NCBI GenBank assembly: GCA_004431415.1
Contig: QPMI01000572.1
Span: 1-64,000, forward strand
Length of the DNA: 64,000 nucleotides
Direction of reading: 5' to 3'
Source: Cyanophora paradoxa CCMP329
Taxonomy: Eukaryota > Plantae > Glaucophyta
Positions 38,986-50,655 of the stretch are shown in pieces. Position 1 is the stretch's first letter. Each line of letters opens with the position of its first letter. A model generated the notes under the pieces. The model saw only the letters and a program-made list of their open reading frames with translations. It was not told where the DNA came from and ran no database searches. Both the position numbers and the translations under genes were made by a program.

Positions 38986-39829
38986 TGCTTGTGCCGCCGC
39001 CGCCGGACGCGCGTTCACGAGATGGACACGGGCTCCGAACATGGCGCTTAGGTCGTGCTACTGCCGCGGGATGGAGGATGGTATGTCGGCCGCTGCCGAG
39101 GAAGGGAGCTGGACAGCAGATGCTGACGGACGCGTTGGCTTCGTTCGTTGCTCGTCGGAATCCGGCGCTCCAACTCAAAGACTCCAAACTGCAGCTGAAG
39201 GCCTTCGGACCGACCTTCGGAGCCTCCGTCACAGCAAGTGGCGTGTACCCGTCGCAGGTTCTCACCCCCAAAACCGCTGTGCCGAGGATCATTTTTTTCC
39301 GGGGGATCGCTTTTTGGACTTGTGTGGTCCGCGTTTCTCGACCGAGGCGTGCCACTTTCAGAGATTCATCAAGCATCTCCTACCGTACCGCAGCTGATGT
39401 AACTTTAGTAACACGTCGACAACTTCATGCATGCAAGTATACGTAGGGTTCGCAGCCGCATAAGCGCGTGAAGGGGGCAGTTGTCGGAACCCTTCAGGCC
39501 ATCATCACCGGCGCAGCGCGGCGGGCGGTGGGCGCGCGGCGGCGTACGACGGCGCGCTGGAGTTGTTGCGTAGCGCCTAGCACAGAGCACCAGCTTCGCT
39601 GCGCGGTCGCGCTGCAACAAAACTGGCACCGTCGGAGCTTGTGTGTGAGGGCGGCCCGTACGGCGGCGATCGCCGCGCAAATCGCTCGGGTTAGGACCGC
39701 TCAGCTGCGAGAGATATGTGCAGGGGATCGTACTTTCAGCCCGCCCCGTTCTTTCTGGTTCGCCGATTCGGTTGCGCGGTGCCGCTCTGCGTTGACCGCC
39801 ATTTCCCGCCCGCAGCGGGCGTTCGCGGC

Positions 39830-40776
39830 GCAGAGCCCGATCGGCGATGAAGTGAAGGACACTCCGGCGCCATCCCCGGTGCTGCCGAAGGACTTCTTCT
39901 CGCCGCCGCCGCTTGGCGGCCCGCCCCGAGAGAAGAAGTGTCTTTCGGAGGAGATCCCAGAACTGGTCCTCCCAGCGGCCGGTTCGTTCAGCGCCGACGG
40001 TTCTCGCACGATCGGCCCTCACTCTTCGCGCAGCTGTTCCGGTTGTGGGCCCAACGTTCGAAAAGTCGGGCAAGCGGCCCGAGCCCGCAGCGGCGCTGTC
40101 GCTCTCGCTCTCGCTTTCGCTGGAGGTTCCGGCGCCCGAGATGCGCGATGACCGCAAGCCGTCCCTCCTCATCTCGGTCCTGTCGTGCGCATTCCCCTGC
40201 GCCCGCACGGCGTTCCCGATCCGACGCGCCCCGGCCCGCAGGCCGGTGCCCTCTCGAAGCGACGTGGAGGGCGACGCTCAGAGCGCTGCTGCCGGCGCAA
40301 AGGATTCGGACCCCGGGGCGGAGGCGGGGCGGGCGGGCGGGCGGGAGCGACGGGGCGCGGGGGGCCTGACGATCGCGCTGGACGCGGCGCCGAGCCGGAA
40401 GCGGGCGCGCAGCGTGGAGGCGACGCCGCGCTCGGCGGCCGGCACGCCGCGGTCCTGCGACGTCGTCCGCGAGCCGGGGTACCCCTTCCCGACGACCAGG
40501 CGCCGGGCGCAGCCCTTCGGCTCCGACTCTGACTCCGAATCGGGCGGCGGCGGCGGCGGCGGCGCCGGGCCCTCCCTGCCGCTCCCGCGGCCCGCCCCGC
40601 GGCCTCGCCCCGGCGGCGCCCCGCCCTCGCTCTGCGCGTCGCCCCCGCCGCTCGCGGCGATCTGGTGCTCGCCGGGCCCGCCCGGCTCGGGCGCCTGGGG
40701 CTTCTCGCCCCTCGGGCGCGCCCCGTCCCCCGCCCTGCCGGGCCGCGCCCGCTACCCGATGGAGTGCGCGGACTGA
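39830..40776 (+). CDS. Hypothetical low-complexity protein (3' exons; 5' end undetermined)
   Basis: Exon SPIGDEVKDT...SFSAD joins through a ~34-nt gttctc...gcag intron (~40000-40033) to the frame of ORF 39913..40776, ending YPMECAD*. Confidence 0.4.
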
Positions 40777-41851
40777 GCGCCGGTCCGACGCGTTTCCTTC
40801 GCACATCCAGGTTGCACATATCGGTAGCCAGGGCGTGCAGGTCTTCGTTTCCTTCAACCAAGTCTCCTAGTAGCTTTGAAAGTCGGCCCGTGTACATTTC
40901 CCGTACAGCACCGTCGCCCCCTGTAACTTAGAGAGCCTTCGTATAATCAGGCCCGCGCGCAGCTTCGCACAATATTTGAATCTCTAGCAGTCTTTGAATT
41001 GTCCGTATGAATATCCGGCCGCGGGCGCCCCGTCGCTAGGCGCCCGCGCGCGGCTGTATTTTAGTCGTTATTTATAGAACGTAGCGCCCGAAGGTTCTCG
41101 TGTACAGCGTTAGCCGCTCGGCGTCTCCCTATCGCGTTATCTCTATTTTATGGTCCCTCGAGCTCGGTTTTCGTTATCTCTATTTCATGGATATCGATGG
41201 CCGTTGTGTCGAATATCGAATATGAGTTTGCCGCTGTGAGTCCGACGGTCTCCCAGCCCGTGCCCCCGTCCCTCCCTCCGGATCCGCGGCGGCGCCAGGG
41301 CTGCTTCTAAATTAAAGCTGATTGCTACGAATGAAAACACACTGCGACATCTAATTATAAGCATGTACAGCTGCATCTGAAACATCGATCATCGGATATC
41401 ATGATCATGATATATATCGATCATGATCAGTTCCATAGTATCGATATCTTAGTAACGTACGCGTAGAGCACATATGCACATTTGCATATGCATTTTAATT
41501 CCAAAGAGGAGCCGTAACTGCTTGTGATCTATGACCTTGTGGCGACTTCAAGTTCAAATTTTAAAGCACACAATGCGGGCGCACACGATCCAATGATCGC
41601 GAGAGCTGCAGCCGCTGAGCTCGAGCTTGGAATTAAAAAAGATGAGCTAGCGTGCTAATTATTTATATGCAAGTGATCGATGACAAGAAAATTAAGGGCA
41701 TGAAAAAACTAAGAATGACTCGAAAAGCCGATAATTGAAGGCGGAACTAACCGAATACATCATTAAATATAGTCAACAACAAGCTCTATTACCAAAGAAG
41801 CCCGCCACCACCCCGTCGGAGGGGATCAGCGCGTTGGAGGCTCGACTGCAG

Positions 41852-44800
41852 CTAGGACCGACGCGGCGGGGCGGCGGCCGCCGCGGCGATGCCGCTCTCG
41901 ATCGCGGCGAGGCGCTCGAAGAGGGCCGCGTGCTGCCGGGGGCGCGGCCGCACGCGTCGGCGTTGCGGTCTATAAATAGGACCGGGGCGGGAGGGGTACG
42001 CGGTCGGACCTGGACGGAGAGGGACTCGACGGCTGCGGCGAGGCGGGCCAGCGCCAGCGGCTCCTCCCGGCCCCCCGAGACCGGGGGTACGACCTCGTCG
42101 GGCCGCAGGGGGGGGAGCTGGAGGCAGCGATGAGCGCTTTAATTTGGTTTTGCAGAGGAGGCGCGGGGGGAGGGGGCACTGGGGGAGGCCGCACCCGTGA
42201 GGCCGCTGCCGGGCTGGGCAGGCGGATGGGCGGGACGCGCGCGGCCGGCCGCGCGAGGCGGGGCAGCCTGCCGTCGAATGGGCGGGGCGGGCTCGAATTC
42301 GGGGCAGCAGGCGGCCGCGGGGCGCGCGCGGACCGGTCGCTGCCGGTGCTACGGGTGCGCTCGCGGCGGCCGGCGCCGCCGGCATACCGCTCGTCCGCAG
42401 CGCTCTCCGCCCGGCGCCTGCATTGCAGACGCGCGCGCGGTCGGTATCCCTCGCCCCATTGCACGGGAGCCGGGGGCGGCACCTGCGGGGCGGGGGTACG
42501 GGCCGGCCCCCGTCCTCCGAGTCCGAATCCCCCTCGCTGAGGGCCTCCCGCACCGCGGCGAGCTCCTGCGAGGGGGGGAAAGGATTCGGCGGGGTACGGT
42601 GTTCACGGAAAGGTGCGGCGGGGCGTACGTGGCGGGTGGCCTCCGCGTGGCCCGTCACTTCGTCGAAGAGAGCGTGCAGCAGGTCGTCCTGCGGGGTACG
42701 CGAGCGCGAGATTCGAACGGAGCTCAAGGATAGCGTGGAGGGGCGTGGGGGGGTGGGGGGAGGGGACCTGGGTGGGGCGGTCGGCGGCGGCGGCCTGGGC
42801 GCGGCGGCGCTGGCTGGAGCGCCAGGCGCCGACGTTGCGCTTCAGGCGGGCGAAGTGGCCGCGCTGGAGCCGCACGAGGCGCCGGCGGAACTCGGCGAGC
42901 GACCTGGGCGCCGGCTGCCCGCCCCGCGCCTCCCGGAACTGCTGGGCCGACTGCCGCACCGCCCGGGCCGCCCGGTCCAGCGACCGCCGCGCCGCGCTCA
43001 GCGCCGGCCGATCGCCCACGCCCATCTGCCAGCAGCTCGGGCCGCGATCCGAGCTCGCGCTGCGGGGCGCGCGGGGCGGACCGAGGCGCGGAGGCCGGCG
43101 GTCGAGTCGTCGTTCCAGGCCGCCTCCTCGTCGCGAGGCGCCGGCCCGCCCTCCGGATCCCCATCCGGGTCCGGGTCGGACGCCGGCGAGACCGGCCGCA
43201 TCCCCGCCGCGCTCGCCTGCGCGCGAGCGTCAACGTTGACTACCGCTCGCCCGGCCCTCGACCTTGCTTCGATCCGGGCCGGGGGCCGACGTGGCGCACG
43301 CGGGAGGCGGCGACGGAGAGGCGGAGGAGGAGCTGCTTGCCCCCGTGCACCGACGCGTCCAGCAGCGCCGGCTCGATGCTGTCAGGCGCCCCCGCCGCCC
43401 CGTCAGACTGGGGGCGCGAAGGCTCGCGGCCCGTGGTCACCTGAAGCGCCTGGCGTCCTCCTGGAGGGCCCGCTTCGCCCGCATGTACGCCACGTGCTGC
43501 CGCCACGTCCGCTGCGCCCCCGGCCCCGCCCCGCCGCTCGGGCGCGGCGCCGCAGGCGATCGCGAGGGCCTCGGGCGGGGCAGGGCGGGGGCACCTGGAT
43601 GGTGCGGGCGGCCGCCTGCCGCAGGCTCTCCATCCACGTGTCCTTCCGGATCCCCCGCACGTACTGCCGGCGCCCCCGGGCTCGAGGGGGCAGAGCTCGG
43701 GGCGGGGGTGCTGGAGGCCGGGGCGGACCAGACGCTCCTCGCGGGAGAGGGCCATCGCCTGGAAGAGGATCGACGTGTACACCGCCGCCGCCGCCACGCC
43801 TGCCAGAGGACAGAGCTCGAGGCTCAGGACAGAGGGAGCTGAGATCTAGAGGACCGGGGGCGGACCGGTGCAGACGGCGATGGACATGACGAAGCGGCCG
43901 GCGGCGGTGACGGGCGAGTAGTCCCCGTACCCCGTCGTCGAGAACGAGATCAGCGTCATCTGCCGCGGACGAGGGCCCCGTGAGCTCTCGCGGGCTCGAG
44001 CTCGAGGGGCCGAGGCGAAGGCGCTGGGGGCCTCCCGGCCGCGGGCCGGGCCCGCGCCGCCGCACCCAGATGGCGATGCTGTAGCTCGTGATCGCCGTCT
44101 CCTCCAGCTTCCGCTCGATCACCCTGGCGGGACGTCGACAAGATTACACTCAAGAGCCGGCGCAGGCCCGCCGGGCCACCGAACCAGATCATGTACGCGA
44201 AGCCGCAGATCATGATGGCGCACATCGAGAGCATCATCTTCTGCGCGCCGAAACTCTCAGCTCGTGCGGCGGCGAGAGCGTAAGCGGGACGCTAGGTGGG
44301 GGACGCGGGCCCCCGGCCAAGGGGCATGCGCAGGCCAAGCAGGCCCTGATCATGAGGACCAAGGCCGGAGTCCGGGGGCGGGGCCCGGGGGGCTCGAGTT
44401 CGAACCTGGGGGTGGTAGAACATCGCCGTGCGGATCGTGAAGGGGATCGTGTGCTCCACCTGGTTCTCCCTGCCCGGGGGTACGTTATTTTGAATCCATA
44501 TTCGGGGCAAGCCCGCTGGATCTATAGCTATAAATAGCTATAGGCGCACGTGTAGCGCCGGACGGTGGCGCCGGCCCAAAAGAAATCGCGGAAGACTGCG
44601 TGCCGCTCAGATGATCCCCGCGAAGCGCGCTCGGAAGAAACATGTACCCCGGAAGACGGTGAACATGCGAACGAAGATGATCAGCTCGAGGTCGTCCACG
44701 CAGTGGTACTCCGCCGTGCCCTGGGTACAGGCACCGGTGAGGGGGCGAGCCTTTCGAGAGTGGGGTACAGGTGCGAGCTCGCCTTCTCCGACACGCCCTG

Positions 44801-46271
44801 GGAGCACCAGGAGACGCCGGGGGGTACGTGGAACAGGAGGAGCGCGGCCTCGAACGCGTACGGCACCAGCCGCCGCAGGTGCCACATGCGCTCGTCGTAC
44901 GGGACCTGACACGTACCCCCGTCAGTCAAATCCCTGTACCCCCTCCCAGGAGATGCCTCCCAGAGGCACCTTGGAGCGGAGCTTGTCGAGGCGGAGCATG
45001 AGCGCGTGCGAGCGCCAGAGGGCGATGACTGCGGTCGGCGTGGGCCGGGGCGCCCCGGCGCGGGTCAGCCCGTGCTCTGCTCTCTCTCGAGCTCCTCGAG
45101 CTCGTGATCGGGTGGCCCCAGCCCCGGCCAGCGCACCGCCGACGACCGAGGCGGCCGAGACGACGCCCTTGAGGACCTCCGTCCCCGACGACTGCTCGCG
45201 CCGGTTCTGGTCGAAGATCTCGAGCTGCGCGCACGAAAACTCGAATGGAGCTGGAGCTCGGGCCCGGGCGCGGGGCCGGGGGGGGACCTCGACGATGGTG
45301 AGGGTGATGGAGAAGAGGGAGAGGGCGCAGACGACGACGTTGGAGATGCGCAGCGCCCGCTGCTTCGCGAGGAGCACCGGCCCGAGGAGCATCGCCCGCG
45401 TCGCCACTCGCGCTCGGTGCATGGCGACGAGCCGGCTCTGCGCCCCGTCCGCCTCGTAGTCCGCCGAGGCCCGCCCGTGCGGCTCCATCGCCATCGCGTT
45501 GCCCGGCGCCACGTGCACGTGCGCGTGCGCGTGCGCCCCGCCGGCGCCGGCGCCGGCGCCGGCGCCGTGGGCGTGGGCGGCCGGCGCGGGCGCCCCCCGC
45601 GCCGTGAGCGCCCCCGCCGCTTGCAATTGATCGTCCTCGACCTCCCCAGCGGCCACGTGGACGGCCGATTTGATCTGAGCGCGCAGCTTTGGATCAGAAC
45701 CGCGCGCGCGCCGGCGCAACCTGGCGGTGCGAAAAACTTTAATTTGTAGATCGAAGCTGCAGCTGCGCACCCCGTCCGTCCCGCCCCACCGCGCGCGGTG
45801 CGAGTTGAGCGGCGCCCCGGGAATCGGGCTGTCCGTGTGCCGTGCCGCCCTAGTCTGCTCGAGCTCCACGGAAAGCTGATCGACGTCGATGTCGTGCCCG
45901 CTGACAGGATCTGCGCCGGCGCCGGCCGCGGCGCCGGCGCCGCTCGCCTTCAGCCTCGGGCTGGGCGGCGTCAAGAGCAGCGGCGGCGATATGGTCATGG
46001 CTCCAGAATGCGCGGTCCGAAGGGGGATGACGTGCGGCGCCGAGCCCGAAGACTGCACCTCGGGCGGCGGCGCCGCCGCGCCGCCCGCGACTCGAACGAC
46101 GCGCTGGCGGTCGAGCGACGCCCGCGAGCCGCCATCGACGGAGCGCCGGTCGAGCGAGGACCTCCCGATGGAGCGGCGATCGAGCGAGGACCTCCTGTCC
46201 AGCGAAGAGCGGCCGACGCCCAGCCACGTCGCTCCGGTCGAAATGTGCACGTTCTTGGTCCCGTCGCTCAT
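41852..46271 (-). CDS. KCNN-like: SK/KCNN-like calcium-activated potassium channel (6TM, calmodulin-binding region)
   Basis: Selectivity filter TLISFSTTGYGDYSPVTAAGR (~43900-43960); TM segments VVCALSLFSITLTIVE, FEAALLLFHVPPG, LIIFVRMFTVFR and MCAIMICGFAYMIW; C-terminal LRQAAARTIQ|RTWRQH resembling a calmodulin-binding/IQ motif. Confidence 0.85.
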
Positions 46272-46646
46272 ATTACGCAAAATTCTAAGCTGCCTGCTCC
46301 TGCTAAACCGCCATCACAGCTCGGCGCCAAGGCGCGGCCGCGGACCGGAGCTTTGCAATTAGCGATAAAGCAAGCTGCAGCACCAGGCCACCGCACCGCC
46401 GCTTACAGCTGCAGCTGCTGCCGCTGCAGGCTTCAAAGCGGGTGGCCTCGCCCGAGAGCGCGCGCGCCCGCCGGGCCGGGAGCCGCGCGCTTGATCTAGA
46501 CAGGCGGCCTTTCACAAAGAGAGGAGTCACGACCCCGCGCGGCTGATCCGAAGTGCTGGTTGGATCACTCTAACCCCTGTATGCTCGTCGGATTGCTCGC
46601 TGCGGCGCGCGCTCACTGTCCTTTCGAGTCCAGTTGGGGTACGCTG

Positions 46647-46720
46647 TATCCAACTGCGGGGCTACAGCGAGGAACGCGTGTATATATCCAACTGCGGGCT
46701 ACAGCGAGCTACAGCGAGGA
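46647..46720. repeat. Local direct duplication TATCCAACTGCGG(G)GCTACAGCGAG in the SK/GLTP divergent promoter
   Basis: Two copies at ~46647 and ~46685, plus an extra CTACAGCGAG, just upstream of the GLTP ATG. Confidence 0.75.
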
Positions 46721-46726
46721 AGCAAT

Positions 46727-48212
46727 ATGACTATCCCCGGTTCCACTAGGCTGAACACGGACGCACTCATCGCCGCAGTGCGGGCCTGCACCCCTTTCAA
46801 GTCGGTCAAGACGTGCGCTCGAACTTGGCGTTACCTCCGAGCTTCCCGCGTCCCGCTCTTACCGTTCGATACGCAGCGGCGAATGGGAGATCCCGCTCGA
46901 GGTTTGCCGGCGCCGCGCGCTGGGCTGACTCCTCCTCGTCGGCTCATCAAATCCTTTCGGCACTCGCTTCCCGCAGCCGTTCCTGAACCTCATGTCCCAG
47001 CTCGCCACTGCTTGCAGTGCGTGCCGCGCGCCTTAGAGCTCGCGGGCCGGGTAACGTATCGACCGCTGAGTCGGTTGTTCGCCGTGGCGCAGTGAGCCTG
47101 GGCTCACTCCTGAAGAGCCCGTCGTCGACTCTGAACACGAAAGTCGGGGTGAGGGCGCCTCGCTCCGCGGCCGGGCCGATTCGCCGGGTTCGGGGGCGCT
47201 GAATCGGTCGGGCAGCTGATCAAGCAGCGCATGCGCGAGTTCGGTAACGCGTTCTACACGTGCGCCCCTTCTACGATCTCTCGGAATCGCGCGCGCGTTC
47301 GATCGCCCCGCCCCTCGCAGCGAGGTGTACGGCGACAACAGCGGCGCCAAGTCGGCCGGCACCGGCCTCTGCTCCTGCTTCTCGTTCCTCGAGGCAAGCA
47401 TCCGCGCGGCTTTGCGCGCCGCCCCGTTCCGCCTTGCGGCTCATCGTCGTCCCAGTCTGCCCCCGAGCCGTCGTCGGGCACCCGCCGCATCGCCACGGTC
47501 CAGGGGCTCGTCCGCTTCGAGGTGCCGTACCCCTGGCGCCCGACGCCTCCTCGGAGCCTCACATTGTTCCCCCGCTCCGCTAGTTCGCGAACAAGCGCCA
47601 GTGGGAGCGCAACAGCGCCGCCCGCGCCACCGTCAGCTGCCGCTGGGCCCTCGACCTCGCGGTCCGCCCGCGATCGACTCGTACCCTTTCCTTTACCGCC
47701 GATCGACGCGTACCCCCTTCCTCCCCGCCCCCCAGACCCGTTTCGTCGCCGACGTCCTGCACGGCAACTCGACCCTCAAGAAGTCGGCCGAGCACTCGTG
47801 CGCGCCGGATTCGACGTACCCCGTCCCCCACGGAAGCTCACGTACCCCCCAGGTACCGCGAGACCTTCGGCAAGTTCGACAACGCCGTCGTCCGCCAGGC
47901 GGTCAAGGTGCGCCCCCTCCCCCCTCCTTCCCCCCCCCCCCTTCCAACGGGGGGTACCCGGCGCAGGTGGCGCTGGACGGGCTGCCGACGAAGGAGCAGT
48001 ACTACGCGGCGCACAGCCTCAACGAGCCGAGCGTCCACCGCGCCCTCGGCGTGCGCCCCCGCCCGCGCCCCGCACCGCCCGGTCGTCTTCTTTGTCGCTT
48101 GAGCTCACGGGGCGGGGCGGGCGGACAGACGTTCGAGGAGGAGGCGCAGCCGGTGCTCCGCTCCATCGCCGCCTTCACCCGCGCCCAGGGCATCGACACC
48201 GCCGTCCACTGA
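46727..48212 (+). CDS. GLTP-like: Glycolipid transfer protein (GLTP/ACD11) family
   Basis: MREFGNAFYT|EVYGDN; SAARATVSCRWALDL; AEHS|YRETFGKFDNAVVRQAVK|VALDGLPTKEQYY; ends FTRAQGIDTAVH*. Matches the GLTP helical pattern from memory. Confidence 0.7.
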
Positions 48213-48501
48213 GCGAGACGGCCCCGGCCCCGCCCGCGCCCGCGCCCCCGTGCGGCCGTCGGCGCGGCGCATCTCCTGCCGGCGCCCCGTCCGCGGTTAT
48301 CTATTGGTTCTCGGGGCCCTCGGCCCTCGAAAGGCCGGCCCCTTTAACGTTATGTCTCTTGCAAACCTTGCGTGAGTTAAGAATCCGAACGAGATCCTAT
48401 GCATGAGTGCCGAAGCTGCCACTCTTAAGGGCTTCAGTTAGCTATCGGGCTAATCTGCCCCAGCGTCGCGCGGGGGCCAGGCCTAGGAACTCCCCGCGGC
48501 C

Positions 48502-48932
48502 GGTGCTGGGTGCAGAAGGGGAGGGGAGAGCGAGCGCCAAGCTTCTGGTGGCCGCGCTGACGATGACGCGCGCGGCTGCACGTGAGCGGGCGCCCCCCGG
48601 CCCGGCCGCTCGCACGGCCTCGCCGGTGCGCACCGCGACCGGGGTGCGGAGACTCTCAGAGCTAGAAAGAGCGATGGGGAGAGAAAGAGTGGAGACAGAA
48701 AGAGCGACTCTGGGCGAGCTAGAGCCGGCTTATTCTAACTTAAACCGGGTGGGACGTCGACAGAAGCACCGAAGCGCCTAGAGCGGGAAGCCGCGCGCGG
48801 TCGCGGGATGCGTAATGCAGGTACCCGGCCCTGGCCGCACGACCTCCGTGAAAAACGCACACACCCACACTGCGCTTGTGGCTCAATGGATTAGAGCATT
48901 GGACTTCTAATCCAAAGGTTGCGGGTTCGAGT
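48502..48932 (+). repeat. Direct repeat copy 1 (431 bp): tRNA upstream region plus truncated tRNA
   Basis: Near-identical to 50656-51087 (one C-run indel seen), from ggtgctgggtgcag to gggttcgagt. Confidence 0.95.
48872..48932 (+). pseudogene. Truncated tRNA-Arg(UCU), broken at the end of the T-loop
   Basis: Identical to 51027-51087, then diverges (ttcgagt|gattcg). The 3' T-stem and acceptor strand are missing. Confidence 0.93.
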
Positions 48933-49082
48933 GATTCGAATTGACCCGAATCGAATCCAAAACCTCGGCTTAACCTTTTTAGTCGGATTTTGCGCATGGA
49001 ACTCCAGTTGAGTTGACCGGGAAAGTCAAAGCTTGAGCGTGCCCGGCCGGCGCCGGGGTCAGGCCCTGAGGGCCGGGGGTAC

Positions 49083-49837
49083 TCGAACCTGGGGGTGGTA
49101 GAACATCGCCGTGCGGATCGTGAAGGGGATCGTGTGCTCCACCTGGTTCTCCCTGCGCGGGGGTACGTTATTTTGAATCCTATATATATATAGCTATAGC
49201 TATAACTAGCTATAGGCGCACGTGTAGCGCCGGACGGTGGCGCCGGCCCAAAAGAAATCGATATCGCGGAAGACTGCGTGCCGCTCAGATGAGCCCCGCG
49301 AAGCGCGCTCGGAAGAAACATGTACCCCGGAAGACGGTGAACATGCGAACGAAGATAATCAGCTCGAGGTCGTCCACACAGTGGTACTCCGCCGTGCCCT
49401 GGGTACAGGCACCAGTGAGGGGGCGAGCCTTTCGAGAGGGGGGTACAGGCGCGAGCTCGCCTTCTCCGACACGCCCTGGGAGCACCAGGAGGGGGGTGTA
49501 CGTGGAACAGGAGGAGCGCGGCCTCGAACGCGTACGGCACCAGCCGCCGCACGTGCCACATGCGCTCGTCGTACGGGATCTGACACGTACCCCCGTCAGT
49601 CAAATCCCTGTACCCCCTCCCAGGTGCCGCAGTGCGGGCCCTGGGCACCTTGGAGCGGAGCTTGTCGAGCCGGAGCATGAGCGCGTGCGAGCGCCAGAGG
49701 GCGATGGCTGCGATCGAGGTCGTCCACGTGCACGCAGTGGTGCTACACCGTGCCCTGGGGTACACGCAGTAAGAGGCCGAGCCTTGCGAGGGGGTACAGG
49801 TGCGGGCTCGCCTTCTCCGACACGCCCTGGGGAGCAC
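49083..49837 (-). pseudogene. Diverged, intron-containing duplicate fragment of the neighbouring SK channel gene
   Basis: 49083-49712 matches ~44400-45033 with indels and substitutions. 49714-49837 is a second, more degenerate copy of ~44686-44806. Confidence 0.92.
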
Positions 49838-49931
49838 GCCCTGGGAGCTGTTGGTTGCCTGTAGTCCAATAGACACGTACTTGTAGGGCTACGTGCTAGG
49901 AGCCTCCCCTACGACAGCTTACCGTTTCGCC

Positions 49932-50082
49932 GCCGAACCGAACTGAACCGTACCGGCCCAGACGAGACCGAACCGAACCGAACCGAATCGAACAAGCGAA
50001 TCGAACAGGGGTAACGTCCAGACCGGACTGAGCCGTACCGGCCCAGACCGGACCGAACCGAACTGAACCAAATCGAACAAGC
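49932..50082. repeat. (ACCGA)n / CCGAA degenerate pentamer array organised as two ~55-bp higher-order units
   Basis: ctgaaccgtaccggcccagacgagaccgaaccgaaccgaaccgaatcgaacaagc (~49943) and ctgagccgtaccggcccagaccggaccgaaccgaactgaaccaaatcgaacaagc (~50028). Confidence 0.85.
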
Positions 50083-50087
50083 AGCAA

Positions 50088-50655
50088 GGTCAGACAAAGC
50101 CAGGGATCGAAAGCGGTAGGAGCCGAACCTCGAGCTCCTCATAGGCGCGAAGCGGGTCCGGCTGCTGGCCCGGCGGCGGCGGCGGCGGTGCGGGCGGAGG
50201 CGGCGGCGAGTGGCCGAAGTACTCCATGCGGTGCTCGCCCGCCATGGGGGCTCGGTCGAGGGGCGGGGGGAGACGCAGGGTGGTCTCTACGGCGTCCGCG
50301 CACGCTGTGCGTCGATGACCAGGTCCAGAACATGGTCCGCCTGCAAAGCAAAACTTTAAAGACGTTAGCGCACCGATAGCGACAGCGCACCTTCGTCGCG
50401 CCTCGCTCGTGCGCGTTGCCCTCGAACAAAACGACCTCGAGCGCCCGCTGCCTTCGATGGCGTCGACGGCCGCGGAGCGGACGGCGCGGCGGCAGGCGCG
50501 CACGCGTCGAATTGAAGCTAGCCGCGGGCCAGCAATGTGCCGCAACTGGTCCGCAAGCGAAGCGAAGGTGTACTCCGATCCCCGCGCGCCGCATCATGGC
50601 CCGCATGTACTCCGCTTCTAGATCTGCAGCCAGTGGCCGCCTGACAAGCTTTTAA
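50088..50655 (-). pseudogene. Probable captured 5' fragment of an unrelated gene
   Basis: Coding-like exon (...MAGEHRMEYFGHSPPPPP...DPLRAYEELEVRLLPLSIPGFV) preceded by a gtgcgc...ttgcag intron (~50341-50390). It stops abruptly at the ACCGA array and has no parent copy in this window. Confidence 0.5.

Noticed and set aside
5818-48212. Alternative genetic code or stop-codon reassignment
   Set aside because: TAA, TAG and TGA all terminate recognisable genes at expected positions, and no in-frame stops were needed within conserved exons.
1005-48400. Numerous long overlapping Arg/Pro/Gly/Ala-rich ORFs on both strands
   Set aside because: Artefacts of very high GC (few stop codons) and read-through of introns; conserved motifs appear only after splicing on one strand.
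49932-50082. CRISPR-like array
   Set aside because: Degenerate pentamers without constant repeats and unique spacers; no cas genes; eukaryotic context.
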